This document shows positions 29,333 through 40,359 of a DNA stretch of 64,000 nucleotides, one piece after another. The DNA is taken from IMG/VR virus record IMGVR_UViG_3300046002_006897. One strand, written 5' to 3'. Position 1 is the stretch's first letter. Each line of letters starts with the position of its first letter. The notes under the pieces were generated by a model. That model had not been told where the DNA came from. It ran no database searches and saw only the letters and a program-made list of their open reading frames with translations. The stretch is from an uncultured virus (IMG/VR IMGVR_UViG_3300046002_006897). Taxonomy: Duplodnaviria; Heunggongvirae; Uroviricota; Caudoviricetes. The position numbers and the translations under genes are program-made.

Positions 29333-32300
29333 ATGGCAAAAGACCTAATAGACCCAAAAGATTTAGAATCAGCAATCGCCAAGCTTTCTTTGCGTGGAAA
29401 CAAGGAAATGTTGGAGATGGAGAGCATTGCCAAGAACATTGCCAAACAATTTGAAAGAATAAACAAAAATTTAAATTCTGGTATCGGTAGTATGAAAGAA
29501 ATGAGGAATTTCTCCAAGGAAATACTCAAAGATACAAAAGCGAGGACTTTGCTTTTGAATGAGATGGAGCAAAGAACGGACTCCGCCGAGTCTAACTTAA
29601 TAGCGGCAAAATTGAAAAGAATTCAATTACAAAGTAACGAGATTGGTGGTGAGAAAATTTTAAGTCAGCTAGAACAAGATATTTATACACATAAGCTGAA
29701 TCAGTTGGCGGTAGAAAACAAGATGTCGGAAATAACGAAAAACCAACAAGATAGAGTTGCATTGTCAGAAGATTCTTATTTCGCGGAAAAGAAAAAACTT
29801 GCATTAGCTGAAAAACTTAAAGACGTTCAAGAAAAAATAACTCGGGCAAGTAGTGCCGGTGAAGATTATTGGGGACAAACTGGTAGACTGATGGTACAAC
29901 AAGTATCCATGTTACGAGAAATAGCACAGACTGATAGTGAAATAGCCGAAATAAATGAGGGGATATCGCGGAATTCGAGAGAGAGTAATAGCTTAACTGC
30001 GGGGCTACTGCAATTGAACGAAGATAATATAAAACTCGCCATCGAGGGAGAAAATATCGCCAGAAGGCAACTGGAATATCAGAAAGATATGTCCAAGCAA
30101 ATTAAATTATCTTCCGGATATATCGCACACTTAAAAGATTCATCAAAGGACATTCTTGCGATTTTCGGTGGAATATCTGGTAAGATGCAAACTTTTGTAT
30201 CCTCTCTGAAAACTGTACCAAAAAGGTTCTTGCTGATAAATTTGCTAATAGAAGAAGGATTGCGTCGATTTGTGTTGTTGGACCAGACAGCAGAAAGTTT
30301 CAGACGTGAGACTGGGTACACGGCAGACCAGATGGCAAACGTTAGAAAAAATGTAGAGAGCTTGAACGTGGAATTCGCTGATATGGGAGTCACCATAGAG
30401 GCAGCATACAAGTCGGCCAAGGCGTTAACGGATGTTTTTGGTAGAACCTCGCTCGTGACAAAGGAAGCAATGCAAAATATCGCATTGATGAAAGCCAACC
30501 TAAACGTTTCTGAGGAAGATTCAGCCAGTGTGTTGGCAACATTTCAGGGATTGGGTGGAGTAAGCCAGACAGTGGCAATGAACATAATGAAGGTTGGGGC
30601 AAGCTTCTCTGGCAAAATCGGGGTTCCTTTTCAATTGGTGATGCACGATATAGCAAATGTGTCGGAAGAAACTCTGGCATTGCTGGGAGCAAATCCAAAT
30701 GTATTGATGAAGTCGGCTATATCAGCAAGAATGTTTGGTACCGATTTGAACAAGCTGGCGGCAACTCAAAAAAGGCTACTCGACTACAGTTCTAGTATAA
30801 CTGACGAAATGGAAGCGGGTGCATTGTTGGGAAGAGATATAAGTTTCCAAAAAGCAAGACAGTATGCATATGAAGGAAATATAGCAAAATCCACAGAAGC
30901 CATTTTGGAGACCGTAAAATCCATCGGAGATTTTAATGCGCTCGATGTTTATCAAAGACAATCTCTAGCTAAAGCATCCGGAATGGAATTGAAAGACTTG
31001 AGTAAGATGATGGCAATCGAGTCTCAGCGCGAAAAAATTAGATTTAGTGGCACAAAAGAAGAGCGAGAAAAATTGGCAGACCAAGAAAAGGCACTAAAAA
31101 CATTGGAAGCCCAGAACGATTTGTCCAATGCTGGATTATTGATAGAAGGCGAGCGAGCAATACGCCAACAACAGATGCAAGGGTTGTTAACCCGGATGAC
31201 TGATATGCTTCAAGCCGTTTTGGTGTCTATTGGAGACATATTAGAGCCTATTATAACTCCAATAGTTAGTATTTTATTGCCTGTGTTGCGTGGAGTTGCG
31301 TGGATTATTAAAGGAATTGCGTTCGCATTTAAAGTGTTGGTATTTCCGATTAATTTGGCAGTCGATGCAATTAAATCGTTTGGTGAATATTTCCAATGGG
31401 TTGGTGAGGGTATTGAGTCGGTTAGTAAAATATTTAAAGATACATTTGGCGGTGCTGAAAATTGGATTAAAGGCATAGCCGGAAGCGCCGGATTGATTGC
31501 ATTATTATTCTTTGGAAGCAGTGGTATATCCGGAATGTTGGGAAAATTGAAGGGTGGAATTGGATCGGCATTTAAATTTATGTCGTCGCCAATCAAATCT
31601 ATAAAATCCATGTTCGAAAAGAGAGATTTTATCGAACCGATGCAACCAAAAGCGGCGGGCGTTATACCTGACGTGAAACCAGACGCCAAAGTCGGAAAGG
31701 CTGCACAGAGCGGAGCGCGGGCGATGCAATTTTTGACCAACATCGGAAAGGGCATAGCAAATCTTGGTAAAGGAATTGGCAATGCTATATCTGGGCTAGT
31801 CGGCGGAATATCAAAAAGTATTACATTGATATTTAAAGGTATCGCGCAAGGTGTTGAGAGACTTGCTACACGTAAAGTATTCATGGGCGCATTGGCGATT
31901 GCCGCGCTCGGAGTTTCTATCCTGCCGTTGGTGTACGCGCTAAAACAATTTACTGACATTGATTGGGCTTCCGTAGCAAAGGGCGGAGCAGCACTTGGTG
32001 CGCTAGCTATATCAGCCGGTATAATGGGAGTGTTCGTTAAGCCGATATTGTTGGGAGCCCTCGCAATTGCGGCATTGGGAGTTGCGTTGATTCCATTCGG
32101 AGTTGCGGCGATGTCTGCGGGAAAGGGCGTTCAATATTTTGCACGGGGAATTAAGTCCGCCATCGGACCAATAGAAAAATTGAAAAATGTAAATTTGATT
32201 AGCACCGCGGTTGGGATTGGTGCACTCGGTGTCGCATTTACCGCGTTCGGTTACGGTAGCGCGGCAGCGGGGCTTGGGTCTTTCGTTGGCACTTTTCTTG

Positions 32301-32695
32301 GCGGAGATCCAATTTCAAAGATGGAACGCCTAGCATCAATCGGAGATAAACTGCAACCGGTTGCAAATTCTATTAAAGATATAGGAATCGCCGTCGGTTC
32401 GTTCTCGTCCGTGAATTCTTTCTCGGATGCAATTGTAAAACTGGCAGATTCTATTGGAAAATTGAATGACCAACTGAAATCCGTAAATACCGAAAATTTA
32501 AATAAACTTTCTGCGATATCGAGCGCGACTGGTGCAACAACAACAAAGGAAACAAAACAGACTGGTGCAGTTACATTTGACACATCCGCACTTGAGGCCA
32601 AATTTGATACATTAATTGGCATGATGGTGGATGGTAAAATTGTGGCATCGGTAGACCTAGACAAGCTATCGAGTAGAAGTGCAAGAAGGTCGTAA
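29333..32695 (+). CDS. tape measure protein
   Basis: 1120 aa; coiled-coil N-half, Ala/Gly-rich hydrophobic repeats; position between chaperones and baseplate genes. Confidence 0.8.
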   Translation: MAKDLIDPKDLESAIAKLSLRGNKEMLEMESIAKNIAKQFERINKNLNSGIGSMKEMRNFSKEILKDTKARTLLLNEMEQRTDSAESNLIAAKLKRIQLQSNEIGGEKILSQLEQDIYTHKLNQLAVENKMSEITKNQQDRVALSEDSYFAEKKKLALAEKLKDVQEKITRASSAGEDYWGQTGRLMVQQVSMLREIAQTDSEIAEINEGISRNSRESNSLTAGLLQLNEDNIKLAIEGENIARRQLEYQKDMSKQIKLSSGYIAHLKDSSKDILAIFGGISGKMQTFVSSLKTVPKRFLLINLLIEEGLRRFVLLDQTAESFRRETGYTADQMANVRKNVESLNVEFADMGVTIEAAYKSAKALTDVFGRTSLVTKEAMQNIALMKANLNVSEEDSASVLATFQGLGGVSQTVAMNIMKVGASFSGKIGVPFQLVMHDIANVSEETLALLGANPNVLMKSAISARMFGTDLNKLAATQKRLLDYSSSITDEMEAGALLGRDISFQKARQYAYEGNIAKSTEAILETVKSIGDFNALDVYQRQSLAKASGMELKDLSKMMAIESQREKIRFSGTKEEREKLADQEKALKTLEAQNDLSNAGLLIEGERAIRQQQMQGLLTRMTDMLQAVLVSIGDILEPIITPIVSILLPVLRGVAWIIKGIAFAFKVLVFPINLAVDAIKSFGEYFQWVGEGIESVSKIFKDTFGGAENWIKGIAGSAGLIALLFFGSSGISGMLGKLKGGIGSAFKFMSSPIKSIKSMFEKRDFIEPMQPKAAGVIPDVKPDAKVGKAAQSGARAMQFLTNIGKGIANLGKGIGNAISGLVGGISKSITLIFKGIAQGVERLATRKVFMGALAIAALGVSILPLVYALKQFTDIDWASVAKGGAALGALAISAGIMGVFVKPILLGALAIAALGVALIPFGVAAMSAGKGVQYFARGIKSAIGPIEKLKNVNLISTAVGIGALGVAFTAFGYGSAAAGLGSFVGTFLGGDPISKMERLASIGDKLQPVANSIKDIGIAVGSFSSVNSFSDAIVKLADSIGKLNDQLKSVNTENLNKLSAISSATGATTTKETKQTGAVTFDTSALEAKFDTLIGMMVDGKIVASVDLDKLSSRSARRS

Positions 32696-32713
32696 CGGTA
32701 ATATTTATAGTAT

Positions 32714-34807
32714 ATGTTAACAGATTTTACGCCACCAAACAATTTGAGCCCGATTGTCAGAAGTACTTCTGATAAACGACTTGCTGCGTTTTCGGCAAAA
32801 TCCAACGAAATATATAATAAGTACTCTCCGTATGATGGGTCCAGCAACGGAATAGGATTCAGTCAGCCGTTTGTATATACAAAACTTACCGATTCAAATA
32901 CAATAAAGAATCTTACAAAGTATGACAGTCAAGCATTTCCAATTGGTTCTACCGTTCGAGATTTGCAACGAGTTGGAAAGTTTGCGGCGAGTGGAAATGG
33001 AATTTTATATATTGGCACTCAGTATTTGTTGCAAAATACAAATGCATTCAATGAAACTCGGATATATAATCCAATCAGCCTAATTAAAGCAACAGCCAAA
33101 CCGGGCTCGTTGGGGTTGATAGATTATCCAATACGCCATCTTGAGACGAGCGGTGGAATATTGAATTTTTTCTTAGACTCATTGAAGAGTACAATTGGTA
33201 TGGAGACCAGCGGAGGAAAACAGGCGACGATTGACGGAACTGCAACTGGAAAGAATGGCGTGCTTCCTTATTCCAAATACGCAGGAGAATTGGGAGGCGC
33301 GAAATATGGAATGATAAGATTTGATACTGGGGCCAATGCCAGCAGTAAATTTTCTAGTTTGTGGGTGTCCGGTGCATCCAAGGGTGGCGGCGGGGGATTC
33401 TTGGAAAATATGGGCAAAGCACTTATTGGTAGATTGACCCGATTGATTCCAAGTACAAATCCATACCGATTTGGAAGTGATACATTAAAATGGGAGTATA
33501 GACCAGAATATCCAACTGGTCAGGCCGGCGCATACTACGCATTTCTTGACGACAAGTCGGGATTCTTGACCACTCCCCATCGTGCCAGTGCTATATTCTA
33601 CAATGATAAAATTTCGGGGGCTGGTACCGCAAAAACCACCGGAGTCGACACCGTAAAAAATTTCCATCGTTATTATCCCGGAAGGAAAGACCCGGAAGAT
33701 ACATCGATGATATATGCATCGACTCCAAAAATAACAAACGACGCAGTTGGAGATACAACGTCGGAGATAACTGGCAACGTTGTTACTATACAAATAAATA
33801 ATTTAAAAAAGTTGCACGAGAATATGGAGAAGACCATAGATTCGTATAAAAATGAAGCCCCGCAATTTAGGAAATCGGCGGAAAGATATACCGAAGTGAA
33901 AGATGCCAACGGTGTATCATATCCAACTTATATGCAAATTCCGGGCAAAGGAAGTTCCCGAGGTACATACACGGATATGTTCGGGGCGAGTGCTACAATT
34001 GAAGAGGCAAACTGGTTTGCAAAATCCAGAGGATTAAAAAAAGAACCGGGCGGTTATACTCCAGAATTTTCCATATACAATACTTATGAGGATAGTGAAG
34101 ATAGGTATAATGCGCTAGGAGTATTGAGCGGTTCTCGGGAAGAAGAACCACGAGAACTAACACAGGGCAGGTTTGGAACCAATAAAGCCAAGTCTAGGGA
34201 TATTATATTCTTCTATTTTTATGATTTAATAAATCAAATTTATATTCCATTCAGAGCAACTGTGTCGAGTGTAAACGAACAAAATTCTGCGGAATGGGAA
34301 GACATTAATTACATGGGTCGCGCTGACAAATTGTACCTATATAAAGGGTTCTCTCGCGAAACGGCGTTTTCTTTTACGGTATACGCCAACAGCTTACAAG
34401 AACTTGTTCCTATGTGGAAAAGAATTAATTACTTGGTCGGACTGACTAGGCCGAGCAAATATACCGAACCTGCAATAAACACGGGAGATTTGAGTGAAAA
34501 TACAACTGGCAATGAAGGTAGATTCATTTATCCTCCGATGGTAACATTGCGGCTTGGTGATATGTATTACGACCAACCGTGTGTGATATTTTCGGTTAGC
34601 ATAAACATACCCGACGACGCAAATTGGGAAACATATCGCGGGGAAGATTATTCATACAGTGCAAGCCCAACCAAAAGAATAACTATAAAAGGCGAAGCAT
34701 CGAGACAACTTCCAATGAAAGTCGACATCTCAGTTTCCATGAAACTTCTAGAAAAGCAAAAATCGTTGGTCACCAACGAACATTTCGGGTTTAATTCTCC
34801 ACTATAA
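32714..34807 (+). CDS. baseplate / tail-tube initiator-like protein
   Basis: C-terminal FRAT.....E...AEW....YMGRAD..Y.YKGFSR...FSF...PP...LRLGD motif; follows tape measure. Confidence 0.6.
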   Translation: MLTDFTPPNNLSPIVRSTSDKRLAAFSAKSNEIYNKYSPYDGSSNGIGFSQPFVYTKLTDSNTIKNLTKYDSQAFPIGSTVRDLQRVGKFAASGNGILYIGTQYLLQNTNAFNETRIYNPISLIKATAKPGSLGLIDYPIRHLETSGGILNFFLDSLKSTIGMETSGGKQATIDGTATGKNGVLPYSKYAGELGGAKYGMIRFDTGANASSKFSSLWVSGASKGGGGGFLENMGKALIGRLTRLIPSTNPYRFGSDTLKWEYRPEYPTGQAGAYYAFLDDKSGFLTTPHRASAIFYNDKISGAGTAKTTGVDTVKNFHRYYPGRKDPEDTSMIYASTPKITNDAVGDTTSEITGNVVTIQINNLKKLHENMEKTIDSYKNEAPQFRKSAERYTEVKDANGVSYPTYMQIPGKGSSRGTYTDMFGASATIEEANWFAKSRGLKKEPGGYTPEFSIYNTYEDSEDRYNALGVLSGSREEEPRELTQGRFGTNKAKSRDIIFFYFYDLINQIYIPFRATVSSVNEQNSAEWEDINYMGRADKLYLYKGFSRETAFSFTVYANSLQELVPMWKRINYLVGLTRPSKYTEPAINTGDLSENTTGNEGRFIYPPMVTLRLGDMYYDQPCVIFSVSINIPDDANWETYRGEDYSYSASPTKRITIKGEASRQLPMKVDISVSMKLLEKQKSLVTNEHFGFNSPL

Positions 34808-34809
34808 AA

Positions 34810-35112
34810 ATGAATAGATATAATCCAAATGGTAGAAATGTATTTGCTCGCTATGATGGTAAGAGGGTATATAGTACAACGAGATATCCAAAAATTCCAA
34901 TTGGAGCCAATGACATATACATTTACGCAACCGACACAGATTTCTTGGACAGCCTCGCGTTTAAATTTTACAACGATGTTACACTTTGGTGGGTAATTGC
35001 ACAGGCCAATGGTATAAAAGCTACACTAAAGGCTCCAACCGGAGAGCAAATAAGAATACCAAAAAATATAGACTTAATTGTTAGCAATTTCAAGCGCGAA
35101 AATGGAATATAA
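34810..35112 (+). CDS. baseplate wedge LysM-like protein (gp53/gpX-like)
   Basis: D.LD.LA.KFY.D.TLWWVIA.AN...G.QIRIP. Confidence 0.75.
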   Translation: MNRYNPNGRNVFARYDGKRVYSTTRYPKIPIGANDIYIYATDTDFLDSLAFKFYNDVTLWWVIAQANGIKATLKAPTGEQIRIPKNIDLIVSNFKRENGI

Positions 35113-35126
35113 TTGTTATAAAAATT

Positions 35127-37553
35127 ATGGCCGACACTAAAATATTTCCATGGGGGCTGCACCCATTAGACGAATGGATTAAAACTGAACTGAATAACAG
35201 AGCGGGTGAATATGATTTCAATCCAAACTTAACCGACGGTAAGCCATACAGTGGACCAAGAACTGCGTGGACTAGAGTATTTTCCAATGGAATAAGTGGC
35301 GCGGCACCGAATCTAGAGGGATTTGTAATGGGCGGAACAAATGGATTCGACGCTAGCTATGGATTTAAAAACCGCCGCATAACTATAGGCGTGGACGCGG
35401 TTGGCAATCCACACGAAATTTTGGCGGTCGGCGGGGTAGGAGAATATACTGGCAATGATTTTCCGCATAGACCACCCCCAAGTATAGTTTCGGTAGAGAC
35501 CGAGTTTTCCGGCGGAACAAACAGTAGTTTCAATGCGCTGTGTAGAACAACTAAAATAACATGGAAATGTTACTCGTTAGAGCAATTGGAGTATTTGACT
35601 CCGTACTTTCTGACCCCGAACATAACTTTATTGGTCGAATGGGGATGGAATAATTATAGTAATGAATCTTTGGTAGATTTGCAAGATATTGATTGGTTGT
35701 ATAAAATATATAGTGGAGACCCTGACTACACTTATAAATGGATTAAACAATCCAAGGGAAATTACGATTTGGCTATGGGGCTTATAAATGACTATGGATA
35801 TACTCTTGACGCAGCCGGTGGATATAATTGTTTCACCAGCATAACAAATGCAAACCGATTCATCAGTGGACAATCATACCACGGAAAAAATTCGGCGGCG
35901 ACCAACCCTACCAATAGCAGCGGCTCCATAAAGTTGAAAGACTTTGTGGAATTTGTGTATGAAGACATAGATAATTTGGGCATAAAGAATAAGAAGACCG
36001 CCGTGCCCGAATTTTCTGTTGTTAATATGGGCGGGATTGGTGGAGTAACCACGGCCAGACAAATTCGCGACGTTTCCAATGATATCAAAGTATCTACCCG
36101 TGGAAGAATATTTAAAAGCGGAGACGCCGGATGGTTTGATTCCGCCAACGCCGATTCTAAAGTGTGGTTTAGAATGGATTTAATCGTTGATATAATAAAT
36201 CGGTTTTTTGAAATACAATTTCTTGACCCAGACGATAAGGATACCAATGTCAAGGGAAACTCTCTCGATATTTCCGGAGTGGTAATGTGTGCACACCCGG
36301 CATTAAAATCCACCAGTAAAAACATATTGATACCAAACCAAATTGCGCCAAGATTTGTTACCGAGGAATCCGCCAGAAAGATCGCGATTTCCCCGATTAA
36401 TATGGGAGGAATTGGTGGCGTGGGGACAATTCGAGAAGTACAGGGACCGAGAGACGCGGCAACACTGAGGAGTATACAGTCTATCGGGGGAACTGGCACA
36501 CAAGGAGGGAAGCCAGAAGGCGCTTACTATACGCTGTTTCCAACAATAAAGGCTTTCATAGAGGAGAATAAATTCGATGACACTTATGATAATTTACATG
36601 AGATAATTAATCCGGAGGGTAGGTCATTTCCGGTATATTCCGATTATGTCCCAAATATCGGACCGGGCAAAGTTGACGCTGGATATTGGGGGTATTTGGA
36701 AGATATTTATGTATCCGTCGAATTATTTAAATCGCTCGTCTCGAAGAATGACAATGTTCGAACTCTCATAGAAGATTTGTTGCAGCACATTTCAAATTCG
36801 GTGTGCGATATATCACAATTGAAATTAATCCCACATACCGTAGATAATACTAAGTACTCCGTAATCGATGTAAATTTTACTTCTATAACTACGAAAGAAT
36901 TGGCGGAGACTTTACAAAGAATTTCAGTTGGCGCAGTAAGTTCAGCATATATGAAATCCGCAAATTTGGAAATAAAAATGGCTCCTGAAATGTCAAATCA
37001 AATGATAATGCAGAGCAGCAGCGGCAAAAAAACTCTACCCACCGGATATGGTACTGCCAACTATGACCCAAAGAATATAGTGTATAGTAAATTATCACGC
37101 GGCGATAGAATGTTCGACCGAGCAGTATACACCAAAATCACTCCGGCAAACAGCGAACAAAATAACCCAAATTCAACACAATCAAAATATAAGAGACTAT
37201 TGGCAGATAATAGCAATTTTTATACTTACACGACGGGCAAGGGAGATGCTGTTAAGCAATATATACTGTGCGAATTAGATTCAACATTCATGAAATCCAT
37301 ACTGTTGGATATTAAAAACAAAAAATCCATATATACCAACAACAGTCCTATGCCGGGGACTACGTTTAAAATGGAACTACTGGGAATTGGTGGAGTGCGG
37401 TATCTGGCCCAATTCACGTTGGACCACGTGCCAAGTTCATATGGATATGACCGGGCAGTATGGCAAGTTTCCAATGTATCCCAAAGAATAGAAAACAAGA
37501 TATGGATTACGGAAATTTCGGCACAAGCCAGACCGTTGACAATTTTTAAATAA
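35127..37553 (+). CDS. baseplate hub-like structural protein
   Basis: 808 aa; LVEWGW motif and C-terminal GIGG......F....P..Y......V..V...I....W.T.I pattern; baseplate context. Confidence 0.55.
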   Translation: MADTKIFPWGLHPLDEWIKTELNNRAGEYDFNPNLTDGKPYSGPRTAWTRVFSNGISGAAPNLEGFVMGGTNGFDASYGFKNRRITIGVDAVGNPHEILAVGGVGEYTGNDFPHRPPPSIVSVETEFSGGTNSSFNALCRTTKITWKCYSLEQLEYLTPYFLTPNITLLVEWGWNNYSNESLVDLQDIDWLYKIYSGDPDYTYKWIKQSKGNYDLAMGLINDYGYTLDAAGGYNCFTSITNANRFISGQSYHGKNSAATNPTNSSGSIKLKDFVEFVYEDIDNLGIKNKKTAVPEFSVVNMGGIGGVTTARQIRDVSNDIKVSTRGRIFKSGDAGWFDSANADSKVWFRMDLIVDIINRFFEIQFLDPDDKDTNVKGNSLDISGVVMCAHPALKSTSKNILIPNQIAPRFVTEESARKIAISPINMGGIGGVGTIREVQGPRDAATLRSIQSIGGTGTQGGKPEGAYYTLFPTIKAFIEENKFDDTYDNLHEIINPEGRSFPVYSDYVPNIGPGKVDAGYWGYLEDIYVSVELFKSLVSKNDNVRTLIEDLLQHISNSVCDISQLKLIPHTVDNTKYSVIDVNFTSITTKELAETLQRISVGAVSSAYMKSANLEIKMAPEMSNQMIMQSSSGKKTLPTGYGTANYDPKNIVYSKLSRGDRMFDRAVYTKITPANSEQNNPNSTQSKYKRLLADNSNFYTYTTGKGDAVKQYILCELDSTFMKSILLDIKNKKSIYTNNSPMPGTTFKMELLGIGGVRYLAQFTLDHVPSSYGYDRAVWQVSNVSQRIENKIWITEISAQARPLTIFK

Positions 37554-37942
37554 TGAAATACAATGATGCTATAGCTGCGGAATATGGAGGAAGCTCCGGG
37601 AAATTGACTGGCATATCCCCCTCGACAAATAAACCACATCCAAAGGATAGTGATTATAATAATGGATATTTCACGCGGGTTTTTATAAAAAAAGTTAACG
37701 AGAATATATTGATGGAAATTCGCCCCGAAGACGCAAAAAGCATCAATACAATATTGTACAAAATTGTGTATTTGAATTGGAGAATTACGGGAATTAAAGA
37801 TACGATCAGGTCTAGCTCCATGGTTAATATTATAGGAGTATCGCAACAAAATTTATTCGAGATTGACCGAATAAAAAAAGAACAAGAACTTGACTTGTCT
37901 AGGTTATTGCAGAATCCGTTGGAATATTGGCGCGGATACTAA
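37553..37942 (+). CDS. hypothetical protein (baseplate region)
   Basis: P...DY..GYF.R.F.KK.N...WRI.G motif. Confidence 0.55.
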   Translation: MKYNDAIAAEYGGSSGKLTGISPSTNKPHPKDSDYNNGYFTRVFIKKVNENILMEIRPEDAKSINTILYKIVYLNWRITGIKDTIRSSSMVNIIGVSQQNLFEIDRIKKEQELDLSRLLQNPLEYWRGY

Positions 37943-37947
37943 TTTGG

Positions 37948-37975
37948 TTGACAGATCGAGTCTATTGGTTAGTGT
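37948..37975 (+). promoter_or_regulatory. sigma70-type promoter
   Basis: TTGACA-N16-TAGTGT, 7 nt before GTG 37983. Confidence 0.5.
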
Positions 37976-37982
37976 TGGTTAA

Positions 37983-39350
37983 GTGACTATTGTAGAAAGT
38001 ACATTTGATTTATCCTTGCTAACAGCCAACATAAGTACCGACCAATTGGTATTGGACGTAGTGTGTGTAGATGGGCAGAAGCATTATCTGAATAATCGTG
38101 CAAGTTTGTTGTTTTTCTATTTTCTGTCATCGGACACGGAGTGGTGTGTTCCAATAGAGCACAACGAGTCTTCTCCTTTGCCGGGGATATTCGATATCAT
38201 TCGCCGAGCACTTTCCACATCAATCCAAAGGAAATATACGTTCGACAAAAAAAGCGTAACGCAACTGTTTGGAGAAGATTGCGGTCTACTAGATATACGA
38301 CTATTGAGATATCTTAGCACCGGGACCGAAGATGATGACGATGCTACGACTAATTCTCACCGTTTCATAAATTCAATATTTCGGAATTTACCTGATACAA
38401 ATAAGTGTATTCCGTTATTCAAACACGCACGTCTTTTTTCTGACAAAGTTAAACGAGCCCTTCCATTGAATATTTCTATGGTAGACGAACCGGGACTCAT
38501 GTTCGTCAATAATAAAATGACCAACTGTTTTGCTAGGTTGGAGTCCAATGGATTGTATGTTACCGACGATTTCGTGGACGAATTTGGAAACGAGCAAGAA
38601 AAACATATAAAAAATGGAATAATATATTCTCAATATAATTTGTTGACATCGACCGGAAGACCAAGCAACCGGTTTGGTGGAATCAATTATGCGGCACTAA
38701 ATAAATCCGATAACAGCCGAGAATGTTTCGTATCCAGATATGGAAATGAGGGCACATTAATAATGATGGATTATAGCGCATTCCATCCAAGATTGATTGC
38801 GCACCTTGTCAATTTCCCGATGGATGTTTCGGTGAATCCCTACGAATACTTGGCGAGGTATTATTTCAACAAAGAGGAAATCAACGAAGAAGATATTGCA
38901 GTAGCCAAAGGATTTACATTCACCCAGATATATGGTGGACTAAGTGAAAAATTTCTGCACATCCCGCTATTTGCAAAAATTCAAGAATATATAAACCACC
39001 GCTGGAAATTTTTCGAGGAGAATGGGTATATAGAAACCCCAAAGTACCGACGCGAGATTAGGGCGTGCCATATTGAAGACGCAACTCCCAATAAGTTATT
39101 CAACTATATATTACAAGCATTCGAGACGGAAATGGCAGTAGATGTTCTGGGAGAATTATTGGATAATTTAGAATCAAAAAAGACCAAGGCGATATTATAT
39201 ACATACGACAGCATTTTGTTCGATGTCCACAAGGAAGATAAAATAGACACAATACGTAAAATTAAGAATATTATGGAACAAGAAAAATTTCCGGTTAAGG
39301 TCTATGTTGGAAAATCTTACAAGGATATGCAGCATATCAAAATTTCTTGA
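37983..39350 (+). CDS. compact family A DNA polymerase-like protein
   Basis: TSTGRPSN; motif A MDYSAFHPRLI; motif B AKGFTFTQIYGG; NYILQA; motif C YTYDSILFD. Confidence 0.8.
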   Translation: MTIVESTFDLSLLTANISTDQLVLDVVCVDGQKHYLNNRASLLFFYFLSSDTEWCVPIEHNESSPLPGIFDIIRRALSTSIQRKYTFDKKSVTQLFGEDCGLLDIRLLRYLSTGTEDDDDATTNSHRFINSIFRNLPDTNKCIPLFKHARLFSDKVKRALPLNISMVDEPGLMFVNNKMTNCFARLESNGLYVTDDFVDEFGNEQEKHIKNGIIYSQYNLLTSTGRPSNRFGGINYAALNKSDNSRECFVSRYGNEGTLIMMDYSAFHPRLIAHLVNFPMDVSVNPYEYLARYYFNKEEINEEDIAVAKGFTFTQIYGGLSEKFLHIPLFAKIQEYINHRWKFFEENGYIETPKYRREIRACHIEDATPNKLFNYILQAFETEMAVDVLGELLDNLESKKTKAILYTYDSILFDVHKEDKIDTIRKIKNIMEQEKFPVKVYVGKSYKDMQHIKIS

Positions 39351-40345
39351 TATTTAATAATATGGTAAATGACATAATCTCGGAGGTCGGAAACAACTTT
39401 AAGAAAATTGACATTGAAGTTATACCGAGGTTAATTGAAATATTGAAGAAAAATCCAAGCTTTGCTGAATTGTATAATAGTTGCGAATCGGTGGAAGCGG
39501 CGGTCGCGGAATACAACAACGCAAAATATTCCGAGATTATTGATTATATAAATTCACTTTCGAGGAAAAAGAATTTGCATTTCGGTGAAATACCGTTTGT
39601 ATTTTTGCTCCGAGGTTGCATTTCCGGGGGAAGTAATATAGGAGATTTAATTTTACCCGGAAACAAAACTGTCGATGTAAAGGCTCTGGATGATGGGTCA
39701 AATATAAAATTAGAGAACGCGTCAATCCACGGATACAAAAATTTGATGTTCACAAAGGCGCTGCGTGCTCTCACTCACATTTTAGAGAAAAACGAAAATG
39801 CCAGAAATTACCTAAAGAGTGTTATAACGGACGACCACAAATTTGAGGGAAGACCCGCAAGTCAGGATGAAAAAGATTATGTTTGTGATTTTATAGATAA
39901 TTTAAACGAGGAAGAAATGGGAACAACCGTATTCTCTGGGCTAGAACTTGTAGGAAAACGACTAAATCAAGTCGAGGTTGATGCTCCAATAAATTACGCA
40001 AAACTGCACATAGATGGTAAGGTTATCATAGCTAAGATAGAAAACGGTCCGGAAGTTCTACGAGAAATGGAAAGCAATAAACCGAGGAAAGTGACTTTAA
40101 GTCGAGTGACGGACACACTTGAACATATAACTATTCCAACCCTGAAACAGATTTCATATTTCACCAAGGCGATATCTTGTACAACGATTACTGCCGAGTT
40201 ATTGCCCATGATTCATTATACCGAAGGTATTGTGGTAGTAAACAAGCTCGGAAAAGACGCTTTTTATGTAAAAAAAGAGGAGTTTTTTAATTATTTTGTG
40301 TTCAATCGTCTGTCAAAAGGTATAAAACTCAAAGTGTTTATATAA
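39347..40345 (+). CDS. hypothetical protein, possible PD-(D/E)XK nuclease fold
   Basis: GE...GDLILPGNKTVDVKA resembles a restriction-endonuclease-like catalytic motif. Confidence 0.4.
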   Translation: MIFNNMVNDIISEVGNNFKKIDIEVIPRLIEILKKNPSFAELYNSCESVEAAVAEYNNAKYSEIIDYINSLSRKKNLHFGEIPFVFLLRGCISGGSNIGDLILPGNKTVDVKALDDGSNIKLENASIHGYKNLMFTKALRALTHILEKNENARNYLKSVITDDHKFEGRPASQDEKDYVCDFIDNLNEEEMGTTVFSGLELVGKRLNQVEVDAPINYAKLHIDGKVIIAKIENGPEVLREMESNKPRKVTLSRVTDTLEHITIPTLKQISYFTKAISCTTITAELLPMIHYTEGIVVVNKLGKDAFYVKKEEFFNYFVFNRLSKGIKLKVFI

Positions 40346-40359
40346 TTATAGAGAAACCC

